Shown: piece by piece, positions 19,804-27,481 of the stretch
How the letters are laid out: each line of letters starts with the position of its first letter
Position numbering within the stretch: the first letter of the stretch is position 1
Assembly: GCF_000341395.1 (NCBI RefSeq)
Contig: NC_020304.1
Coordinates: forward strand, 182,011-214,010
Length of the DNA: 32,000 bases
Direction: 5' to 3'
From: Desulfocapsa sulfexigens DSM 10523
GTDB taxonomy: Bacteria; Desulfobacterota; Desulfobulbia; Desulfobulbales; Desulfocapsaceae
Translations under genes and position numbers: made by a program
Notes under the pieces: model-generated
The model's input: the letters and a program-made list of their open reading frames with translations, nothing else
What the model was told of the DNA's origin: nothing
Databases searched by the model: none

Positions 19804-20286
19804 CTACATTGATTCGCAATGCCCATGGCAATCACGATTAATATATCCTGGAGGACATGGCTGATTATACCGGTAATCCCAGTTTGTACAATCATTCTGG
19901 TAGACTGACTGACACCCCCCCCTGCAGTCACCGTTAACAGTTCCGGGAGGGCAGGGTGCGTTGGCTTCGAAATCCCAGTTACTACAGTCATATTGCGGAA
20001 CATCAGGTGGGGGGCCAACTTGGGTATTACATAGTCTTGGGCCCGGACATGTCTTAAATCTGTTCCCAGTGGTGTCGTCACAGAGTGTTTCGTAGACCTT
20101 TCCAGGCTGGCAAACCCCTTGATGTGAATCAAGTCCGAGGACGCGACATGGAGCTCCCCGCCCAGCATAATTGCTGGGTAACACCTGCCATGGTCCTGGA
20201 CAATCTGCGGCTTGAGCAGTTGAGGAGAAAACGAAAAGACTGGTAGTGAATAACAAATACTTTCTTAGTTGCATGCCACACTCCAT
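19804..20286 (-). CDS. cysteine-rich secreted protein with two C-terminal tandem repeats
   Basis: Signal peptide (LRKYLLFTTSLFVFSSTAQA) followed by a Cys/Pro/Gly-rich mature region. Repeats YDCSNWDFEANAPCPPGTVNGDCRGGCQS and NDCTNWDYRYNQPCPPGYINRDCHGHCES. Confidence 0.7.
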   Translation of the reverse strand: MECGMQLRKYLLFTTSLFVFSSTAQAADCPGPWQVLPSNYAGRGAPCRVLGLDSHQGVCQPGKVYETLCDDTTGNRFKTCPGPRLCNTQVGPPPDVPQYDCSNWDFEANAPCPPGTVNGDCRGGCQSVYQNDCTNWDYRYNQPCPPGYINRDCHGHCESM

Positions 20287-20440
20287 TTCGTAGATATTTT
20301 CAACTCACCCCTAATAACAGGTATTTCCATTACTGAACAAATACAATTAGCACCAATTATTGTTAAATGAAAGAGAAATATTGGAATCATATTACAGAGA
20401 AGTAAACCGAGGGTGAGCTTCAAATTGTACTATCCAAACT

Positions 20441-20650
20441 CTAACAACAGGGACCTTCTATACCCAGAAAATCATTAATGATTCCACGAACACAGCCCTC
20501 ACCTGCTTCCACAGCAATTGCACCCGTCGGACAGTTTCGCATGCAGGCTCCGCACTCCATACATACATTACGGGCAGCTATTACAGCTTTTTTTTACTTC
20601 CATTTGAAAAACACCATTGCCACAGCTCCAATCCCAGAAGGTCTCGCAAT
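20441..20650 (-). pseudogene. 3' remnant of a 4Fe-4S dicluster ferredoxin gene, frameshifted at an A8 tract
   Basis: Reverse-complement translation from 20593 to stop at 20441: KKAVIAARNVCMECGACMRNCPTGAIAVEAGEGCVRGIINDFLGIEGPCC. The other frame immediately upstream gives SCGNGVFQMEVKKK, matching the usual VCPHGVFxMExGKAVIA context. The frames join at gaagtAAAAAAAAgct (8 A). Confidence 0.75.
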
Positions 20651-20681
20651 ATCCTTCGATCCACTATGCAGTAAACCGTGC

Positions 20682-21497
20682 CTAGCACATTCCCTGGCTG
20701 GCCAGAAGCATATGGCCTTTCTCAGCCTCGGCCAGAGTGATGAACGATGTCTCCAACTCCGTCCCCTGAAGGCGCAAAGCAACGGAACGATATAAGTCAT
20801 AGGCTGCATGTTCTATTTCCAGAACAATTTCAAGGAGCCGGGCTTCGAAATTATCTTCAATTTTGTGAAGCTTCTCAAGGTGTTCTGCTACGGGTTTTCC
20901 TCCTTCAACGATATCGCCGGGAAGAGAGGCGTACAGTTCCTCAAAGGGAGGGATAGTCTCTCCGGTTTTGGCCCACATGGAATAGATCAAACGCGCATGG
21001 CCAGTCTCTGCCTGACCAAGTACTTCGATGGTTCTGCGATAGGGAACATCACCAATATCCTGCAACACTGCCTGATAAAATTTTTCGGCTCCCCGCTCAA
21101 GATTCATGGCAGTTCTGAATAACACAGAAAGATCTGCGTCAAAATCAAAAACCTGTAAAACAGGATAGTCGGGAACAGTTCTGTCGGTGAAGGAAATAAT
21201 GCCACCCTCAAGATTGTAAATTTTTTTCTGGAAAAATGGAACCGAGGTGGCAAAAAGCGCTGCGGTACGGGAACGTTTACCGCTATGGCAATAAAAAATA
21301 ATATCCTTATCAGCTGGAAGCTCGGTCAGGCGGGCATTGATTTCTGCAAGAGGCAGAAGGACACAGCCGGGAATATGCTCCTCTTCATATTCTTCGGGAA
21401 AGCGGACATCAACAACAAGATATTCACTTTCGGCCTTCTCTTTCCGAAATTTGCGAAAAGCCTCCATATTCATTTCATAGTAATCATCAAGTTGCAT
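20682..21497 (-). CDS. rhodanese-like domain fused to a ferritin-like/rubrerythrin-type diiron domain
   Basis: Rhodanese: YLVVDVRFPEEYEEEHIPGCVLLPLAEI ... DKDIIFYCHSGKRSRTAA. Ferritin-like: NLERGAEKFYQAVLQDI ... VLGQAETGHARLIYSMW ... ILEIEHAAYDLYRSVA ... LAEAEKGHM (four Glu/His pairs; the exact string before EIEHAAYD is LEIVL). Confidence 0.85.
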   Translation of the reverse strand: MQLDDYYEMNMEAFRKFRKEKAESEYLVVDVRFPEEYEEEHIPGCVLLPLAEINARLTELPADKDIIFYCHSGKRSRTAALFATSVPFFQKKIYNLEGGIISFTDRTVPDYPVLQVFDFDADLSVLFRTAMNLERGAEKFYQAVLQDIGDVPYRRTIEVLGQAETGHARLIYSMWAKTGETIPPFEELYASLPGDIVEGGKPVAEHLEKLHKIEDNFEARLLEIVLEIEHAAYDLYRSVALRLQGTELETSFITLAEAEKGHMLLASQGMC

Positions 21498-21799
21498 AAC
21501 GTTTTTCTCTCTTTAATTTGTTTATCGGCGTGTATACCGAGTCACAGGACAAAGCTTTCCCCTCCTTGCCAAGATACGCCTTCACAATACTTTCATCCTG
21601 CCACAGGGTTGCCGCATCACACTTGATTACGATCTTTCCGGTTTCCAAAACATAGCCATGGCTTGCCAGCTGAAGGGCGCCCCTGGCATTTTTCCACCAG
21701 CAGGATAGTCACCTCTTCCTTATTCAGACAGACAAAAATAGGCATGATCTCCTTGACCAGAAATGGAGCAAATACAAGAATTGGGCTGATAGTAACCAT
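21487..21799 (-). pseudogene. livF: C-terminal remnant of a branched-chain amino acid ABC transporter ATP-binding gene (LivF-type)
   Basis: Frame A: FAPFLVKEIMPIFVCLNKEEVTILLVEK; after a shift near 21689-21693, frame B: NARGALQLASHGYVLETGKIVIKCDAATLWQDESIVKAYLGKEGKALSCDSVYTPINKLKREKRYAT*. Together this matches the LivF pattern GLAPxxVxEIxxxIxxxNxEGxTxLLVEQNAxxALxxAxxGYVLExGxI...VxxAYLG. Confidence 0.82.
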
Positions 21800-21879
21800 A
21801 CCCTTGCAAAAGTGATACTGCTACGAAAAATCGCCCCCCCACTCACTATCAAAAGAGTCTACTCAGGCTACAACATTAT

Positions 21880-22137
21880 CTACTGAGAGCTGTTTTTTTG
21901 GATCCTTTGCCCTTTGCCTTGACCACGCCCCTTGCCACCCCTTTCTCCAGTAGCCTTTTGCTGTCGTTCCCGGGATCTGTTGGACTCTTGTTCAGTGATT
22001 GTACCATCGCCGTCAACATCATATTTTTTCTGGAACAGAGAACCTTTAGCGGATACGTTTTCTCCTGGAATCAGGACAGCAATCATACCGAATGTTCCGA
22101 GTACTACCGTAGCAATTAGAACTTTAGTGTATCCCAT
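21880..22137 (-). CDS. small exported protein with a single EF-hand-like loop
   Basis: N-terminal hydrophobic segment (VLIATVVLGTFGMIAVLI), then KKYDVDGDGTITEQESNRSRERQ, a canonical DxDxDG...E loop, and a basic Gly/Lys/Arg tail. Confidence 0.65.
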   Translation of the reverse strand: MGYTKVLIATVVLGTFGMIAVLIPGENVSAKGSLFQKKYDVDGDGTITEQESNRSRERQQKATGERGGKGRGQGKGQRIQKNSSQ

Positions 22138-22549
22138 AGAATACTGTCCCCTGTTTATATTTTACAACCTCTAAGTTTTTTCTTTGGGGGGGGACACATA
22201 TAACAACAGCCAAAACGAATAATAGCAGTGATTTCTGGAATTTTGCTCAACAACGAAGCATATTTCACCGAAAGGCAAGGCACCAATAAAATCGAGATCA
22301 AACTGCAGTAAACACCCCACTTACAGTCATCCCTTTCATACACCATTTCATATCTCGTAAAAATTCCCTGAAACCGGTTAAATTGTTTGACTTTTGAAAT
22401 GCACAGGCATATCCTTCAAACACCACAACGTATCCGCACGGAGAATATAATTAGAGACCGACTGTTAATCAGATTTCCCCATTCTCCATGCTGTTTTTTT
22501 GTACTATTATTTTTTATTCATCCCACTCAACCACATTATATAAACGATT

Positions 22550-24784
22550 ATGAAATGGTCTAACCTTAAACTTTCGGCAAAGTTTGGTCTTATTTTTGGC
22601 AGCGCTTTTATTTCTTTTATCCTGGTCCTTCTTTTTTACCAGCGTACTGTCACCCAAACAACGGGAGGATTCAAGGATCTTATTACTACTGAAGTTGCCA
22701 TTGCTTCCCATGCAACTGCAATTAATGGAAGTATGCAGCAGGCGCGACGGCTTGAAAAAGAATTCCTGCTCAGCAAGGATTTACTCTATAAAGAAAATCT
22801 GCTGGAAACCCTTAAGGGGCTGAAAGACGAGGCAGCTAGAATAAAAGATCTGGCTCGAGACACAGAAAGCAATACCGCTACTCTCGCTACTGAAATCCTA
22901 AGCCAGGTGACCATTTATCAACAGGCCTTCGAGAAACTGGTTTCCTCCCAAATGACAAACGGTCTCGACAGCAACTCTGGCCTGCAGGGAGAGTTTAAAG
23001 CATTAGCTCTGCAGGTTGCCAAAAATCTGAAAAAGCATCAGGTGAGTGATTCCTACCTTGCCCTTTTGCAGATGCGCCGTTTTGAAAAGGAATATGTCCG
23101 TACCAAATCGGAACGTCATATGGCAAAGTTACTGGAATCCATTGATACTTACGAAACGTCACTAGACACCCTTGAAGATGAAGAGGATTTGTATGATGAC
23201 CAGATTGAAAAGCTCTCTGCCTATCAGGAAGCTGTAAACAACTACGCACAATCACCAGACGAATCCACACTGAGAGAACTGCAGACCACGGCGGTGGATT
23301 TGGAGGCAGGCTTGAATCATCTCTATGTTCCAAATGCCAGGATTCAACTTCTCCTCCTGAGACTGACCGAAAAAAATTACATCATCACTCGAATGAAAAA
23401 ATACGGTGTAGCCACTCTTGAAGCCGCAGAAACCATTCAAGACATCTTTGATGAATCCAATGCGGATCCTAAGTATATCGAAATCATTAACGCTGATCTC
23501 ACAGCCTACAGTGAAACTTTCTCTGCCTTGATGGCCAATGATGTACAGATAGTCGAAGCACTGCTAGTGATGAGTGGAGCCGCAAAAAAAGTGGAACCAC
23601 TGGTAGCTGAGATCATGGATCAAGCCAACCAGGGAAAAGAAGCACAAATCACCAGCACTTCTGCTAAAGCCCAGAAAATGGGCATGCTTGCCATAAGCAT
23701 TGGCCTCTGCGTAGTCCTGATATCAGGTATTTTCACATTTTTCACCATCCGTTCGATTGTTGCCGAATTGAAGCGTGGTGTTGATTTTGCGAAACAAATG
23801 TCTTTAGGGGACTTCACCACCACTCTCACGATCAATCGTCGTGACGAGATCGGAACCCTCGGTGAAGCGTTGAACAACATGGTTTCCGGTATTCGTGAGA
23901 TGTTTACAGAAATCTCCCAGGGAGTGGCTCACCTGTCTTCCTCTTCAGATGAGTTATCCACTATTTCTCATCAAATGTCTGACGGCGCAGAACTCTCTTC
24001 CCAGAAGTCAAATAGCGTTGCAGCTGCTGCTGAAGAGATGAGTGTCAATATGGATTCGGTAACACTGGCTAGTGAAAATGCCACCAACAATGTCAATATG
24101 ATTGCTGCTGCCGTAGAAGAAATGAATGTTACGGCTCAGGATATAGCCCGTCAGACCGAAAAAGGTCAGAAAATCTCGCACGATGCGACAAAACGCATCA
24201 ATATCTCCTCCGGGATGATAGAACAACTGGGTCAGGACATTTTCGAAATCAACAAGGTCACCGAAGCTATTAATGAAATTTCTGATCAAACAAATCTACT
24301 CGCCCTGAATGCTACAATCGAAGCTGCGAGAGCAGGTGATGCCGGAAAGGGTTTTGCCGTAGTGGCCAATGAAATCAAAGAGCTGGCCAAACAGACCTCT
24401 GCCGCCACCCAGGAAATCAAACAGCACATAGAAAGCATTCAAGGTTCTACAGGAAAAACTGTGGATGAAATAAAGGGAGTTGCAGCCGTTGTGGCAGAAG
24501 TTGATACAATCGTTTCTAGCATTGCCCTTTCCATGGAGGAACAGACAGCCACCAATCAGGAAGTTGCAGGTAATATCGCCGAGGTATCGGAAGGAATGGT
24601 GGAGGTCAATGAAAACGTAGGCCAAAGTTCGTTGGTGGCAGGGGAAACCGCAAAAGACATTGCCGAGGTTAGCCGAATAGCCCAGGAAATCATGGCCAAC
24701 GGAAACAAAGTGAATCTCAGCGCTGGTGACCTTGCCAGCCTGGCATCAAAACTCAAGAAACTTATGCAGCGTTATAAACTGTAG
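22550..24784 (+). CDS. methyl-accepting chemotaxis protein with large helical periplasmic sensor (HBM-like), HAMP and MA domains
   Basis: TM1 [17 protein letters not shown]; ~250 aa helical periplasmic region; TM2 [21 protein letters not shown]; HAMP; signalling hairpin tip [41 protein letters not shown]. Confidence 0.93.
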   Translation: MKWSNLKLSAKFGLIFGSAFISFILVLLFYQRTVTQTTGGFKDLITTEVAIASHATAINGSMQQARRLEKEFLLSKDLLYKENLLETLKGLKDEAARIKDLARDTESNTATLATEILSQVTIYQQAFEKLVSSQMTNGLDSNSGLQGEFKALALQVAKNLKKHQVSDSYLALLQMRRFEKEYVRTKSERHMAKLLESIDTYETSLDTLEDEEDLYDDQIEKLSAYQEAVNNYAQSPDESTLRELQTTAVDLEAGLNHLYVPNARIQLLLLRLTEKNYIITRMKKYGVATLEAAETIQDIFDESNADPKYIEIINADLTAYSETFSALMANDVQIVEALLVMSGAAKKVEPLVAEIMDQANQGKEAQITSTSAKAQKMGMLAISIGLCVVLISGIFTFFTIRSIVAELKRGVDFAKQMSLGDFTTTLTINRRDEIGTLGEALNNMVSGIREMFTEISQGVAHLSSSSDELSTISHQMSDGAELSSQKSNSVAAAAEEMSVNMDSVTLASENATNNVNMIAAAVEEMNVTAQDIARQTEKGQKISHDATKRINISSGMIEQLGQDIFEINKVTEAINEISDQTNLLALNATIEAARAGDAGKGFAVVANEIKELAKQTSAATQEIKQHIESIQGSTGKTVDEIKGVAAVVAEVDTIVSSIALSMEEQTATNQEVAGNIAEVSEGMVEVNENVGQSSLVAGETAKDIAEVSRIAQEIMANGNKVNLSAGDLASLASKLKKLMQRYKL

Positions 24785-24787
24785 AGA

Positions 24788-25150
24788 GTGGCGAAGGGAA
24801 AAAAACGGGTTCCTGCAAAACTGCAGAGACCCGTTTTTTTATTGATTCTACCAGGCCAGATTGCCATGAGCCTGAACTACGGCTGGCTACCGCTGATCTA
24901 TGTTGGTCTTTTTGAGATGAGTATTACCTTTGCCCTCTGGCTGACAGCCCTGCAATTGGCCGCTTCGGCAGCCAGAATAGGAATTCTTATCTATATAACC
25001 CCGTTTTTTTCTCTTCTAATCCTGAAAACCGTTGTGGAAGAACAGATCCATCCAGCCACTTTTATCGGAATTGCTTTGATTATCGGCAGTATTTTATTCC
25101 AGAGCTGGCGACCAGAAGAAAGACAGCAGCACAATAAAACTTCCCTATGA
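24788..25150 (+). pseudogene. C-terminal portion of an EamA/DMT-family transporter, N-terminal half missing
   Basis: 120 aa starting at GTG: LPLIYVGLFEMSITFALWLTALQLAASAARIGILIYITPFFSLLILKTVVEEQIHPATFIGIALIIGSILFQSW matches only the final TMs of an EamA protein. A complete family member normally has ~10 TMs/~300 aa. Confidence 0.65.
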
Positions 25151-26025
25151 AATATTATCTCTATGCGATGGGGGCAATCCTCTGCTGGGCAAGCCTTCCG
25201 GCCGCCACCGGATCAGGACTGACAGAGCTTTCAACGGAAGAGCTGATGTTCTTCAGTTTTAGCAGTGCAGCTGTTTTCCTCTATGCACAGGACGTTCTTT
25301 TGACACGTTCTTTCACTGTTTATATTCCAAATCTGAAAGCTATTCTGCTCGGAGTCTGGGGTATTTTTATCTACCATTACATCTATTATATGGCGCTTGG
25401 CCGCGCGCCTTTAGCCGAAGGCGCAATACTGGCCACCACATGGTCATTCTGGATAGTGGTATTTTCTTCGATAATTCTTTTTAGAAAATTGAAAATCTCC
25501 ATAGTGATTACTGCTTTTGCGGGAATGATCGGGGTAGGAATTGTTATTGCATCCGGCAAGGATCTCAGCTTCAGCGGTGACTATATGCAGGGATATCAGC
25601 TTGCCCTGGCCTGTGGTCTGATCTGGTCGAGTTTTTCGGTGGCACTCGGCCATGTAAGAATACCAAGAGAGCCGATGACGTTTTTCACCATTATAGCAGC
25701 CCTCCTTTCAGCTCTGCTCTACGTACTCACCATGCCCCACGGAGTACCGTCACCCAAAGCCATCCGTGCAGCCGTCTATCTCGGCTGTGTTCCACTGGGC
25801 TTATCCTTCTTTTTGTGGAACCGTGCGGTTACCAGGGGAAATATGGTTATAATTGGTTTTCTCAGCTACCTCACCCCGCCCCTTTCAGTTCTGCTGGTGG
25901 CCCTGATTCATGGAACAACGGTTACTTCCCAGGTTCTGCTTGGAATGGCCATTATTATCATGGCTTCAATTGGTGGCCGCTTCGCTCTTTCACACTCTGG
26001 CCGAAGAAAAAAGCCTCTCAGATAA
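25147..26025 (+). CDS. EamA/DMT-family transporter (complete)
   Basis: 292 aa with ~10 hydrophobic segments and two EamA repeats (ALGRAPLAEGAILATTWSFWIVVFSSIILFRKLK; AVTRGNMVIIGFLSYLTPPLSVLLVALIHG). ATGA overlap with the preceding ORF. Confidence 0.9.
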   Translation: MKYYLYAMGAILCWASLPAATGSGLTELSTEELMFFSFSSAAVFLYAQDVLLTRSFTVYIPNLKAILLGVWGIFIYHYIYYMALGRAPLAEGAILATTWSFWIVVFSSIILFRKLKISIVITAFAGMIGVGIVIASGKDLSFSGDYMQGYQLALACGLIWSSFSVALGHVRIPREPMTFFTIIAALLSALLYVLTMPHGVPSPKAIRAAVYLGCVPLGLSFFLWNRAVTRGNMVIIGFLSYLTPPLSVLLVALIHGTTVTSQVLLGMAIIIMASIGGRFALSHSGRRKKPLR

Positions 26026-26914
26026 ACAAAGAGAGCAAAGAAAGACTGGCAAAGGACAGGAGAATCCCCCAGCCCACGAGAGCAGCCGTCAGCCTCGGAG
26101 CAAATCCTGCACTCATGGCCATGGCCCCCGCAGTAACCATGGGTGGCATTCCCGCCTCAAAGATGGCAATTCGTGCTTCGGGACCATCAAGCCCCAGTAG
26201 CCGGCAGATCAGAAGAGCTGCAAAGGGAGCAATAAGGAGTTTTGCGATCAGCCCGAAACAAAAGGGGAAGGTCTGGCCCGGTGCCAGTCTGATTTTCAGC
26301 TGCAAGCCAATGGCAAACATAACCACGGGAACCAACGAAGAGGCAATGAGAGACAGACTCCCTGCAATCGCCGGATGCTGCAATGGCTTTGCTAAAAGAA
26401 GAGCAGCAAGTAGCGCCAGAAATGGTGGAAAAGTAAAAATCTTTTTGAGGATGGCGCCTGCACTCTGACGCTGCTGTTCACTGTAGAACGCCAGCACAAA
26501 GGAACCATAGGTTGAGAGAGCAAGAAACGACCCGAACTGATCATAGATTATCCCGTAGGAGACCATCTCTGTGCCCCAGAAAGCCTCGATCATTGGAATA
26601 CCCAGAAATGACGTATTCCCCAGAGGAACCGTAAGAAGAAGCACCACCGTGACTTCACTTGACCAGGCAAAAAGGCGGCTGGCAATAAAGACAAGAGCAG
26701 CTCCCAGAGACGTCATCAGCCAGGGTATAATAAGAAGAACAAACAGATCTGTTGAAAAGGAGAGCGTAGGTACCTGACGCAGGATAAGGGCCGGAAGAGC
26801 AACCCAGATAACATAGAGGTTCAGGGTCACAGGCGCATTATCGGCAAAAATTGTCAATCTTTGCAACCCCATGCCGACAGCAAGACAGATAAAAATAAGA
26901 ATAAAATTTTCCAT
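26018..26914 (-). CDS. AEC (auxin efflux carrier) family transporter
   Basis: 298 aa polytopic protein: NLYVIWVALPALILRQVPTLSF ... LLTVPLGNTSFLGIPMIEAFWG ... GMPPMVTAGAMAMSAGFAPRLTAALVGWGI. Overlaps the convergent EamA gene by 8 nt. Confidence 0.88.
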   Translation of the reverse strand: MENFILIFICLAVGMGLQRLTIFADNAPVTLNLYVIWVALPALILRQVPTLSFSTDLFVLLIIPWLMTSLGAALVFIASRLFAWSSEVTVVLLLTVPLGNTSFLGIPMIEAFWGTEMVSYGIIYDQFGSFLALSTYGSFVLAFYSEQQRQSAGAILKKIFTFPPFLALLAALLLAKPLQHPAIAGSLSLIASSLVPVVMFAIGLQLKIRLAPGQTFPFCFGLIAKLLIAPFAALLICRLLGLDGPEARIAIFEAGMPPMVTAGAMAMSAGFAPRLTAALVGWGILLSFASLSLLSLFI

Positions 26915-27010
26915 AAGTCAGAAACTCAATATTTATGATGAAAGACGAAAGATCAGGCGGACGAATTGCAAAATATTTTCACAATCGTCAGAAATATCGT
27001 ATAATACACC

Positions 27011-27178
27011 ATGTATAAAATACTTATGAGTGATTCGCCTCAAAAACTTGAACTTGAAGTTCAAAGATATTTAAAAAATGGATGGTCCGTTGCCGGCGGG
27101 GTTGCTATCTCACCTGCATCAATCTATTTCCAGGCGGTATTCAACTCCACCAAAATTAAATTTCATCAAAAGAAATAA
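27011..27178 (+). CDS. small DUF1737-like protein (55 aa), absent from the supplied ORF track
   Basis: ATG at 27011, TAA at 27176-27178: MYKILMSDSPQKLELEVQRYLKNGWSVAGGVAISPASIYFQAVFNSTKIKFHQKK. Pattern YKILxSDS...LExEVxxxLxxGWxxxGGVxxS...YxQAV is typical of DUF1737 proteins. Confidence 0.65.
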   Translation: MYKILMSDSPQKLELEVQRYLKNGWSVAGGVAISPASIYFQAVFNSTKIKFHQKK

Positions 27179-27481
27179 CCATAAGTCAACACTTACAACA
27201 TCTCATTACTTCCAATTTCCTAAACGAAACATATCCCGTTTTCATCGACCATCGATGCGCTGAATCCTATAGAGAGTTAAAAAGACCCAAATCGGTACAC
27301 TTCATGGATTGATTCTCGTTGAAGTAATTCCATTTAAGTGGTATTTCTCTGGTCTAAGTGCAATGATATTGCTGGAATTACCTTTTTTCAAATTCACAGT
27401 ATCCTTAGTAAATGTTCTCCATGTCAATTATGTTTTTTACTGTGAAACTGTGACTTCCCTTTCTTTTATACTCTAACAGTT

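Noticed and set aside
19743-20168. 141-aa minus-strand ORF overlapping the cysteine-rich gene
   Set aside because: Shifted frame of the signal-peptide-bearing 160-aa ORF, which has much stronger protein-like features and repeats.
20594-20809. 71-aa minus-strand ORF
   Set aside because: Frame artefact overlapping the rhodanese-ferritin end and ferredoxin relic; no protein-like motif.
22155-22346. 63-aa minus-strand ORF and nearby G8 tract (22186..22193)
   Set aside because: No domain and unusual composition. The homopolymer is intergenic, so there is no basis for calling it phase-variable.
22137-22550. Possible riboswitch in the long intergenic region before the chemotaxis gene
   Set aside because: I looked for c-di-GMP (GEMM) and cobalamin-like consensus elements and found no convincing match.
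25815-26468. 217-aa plus-strand ORF
   Set aside because: Overlaps the EamA and AEC genes in another frame or antisense; composition is typical of a shadow ORF.
27078-27263. 61-aa plus-strand ORF
   Set aside because: The alternate frame at 27011..27178 encodes a coherent DUF1737-like protein, making this one a shadow ORF.
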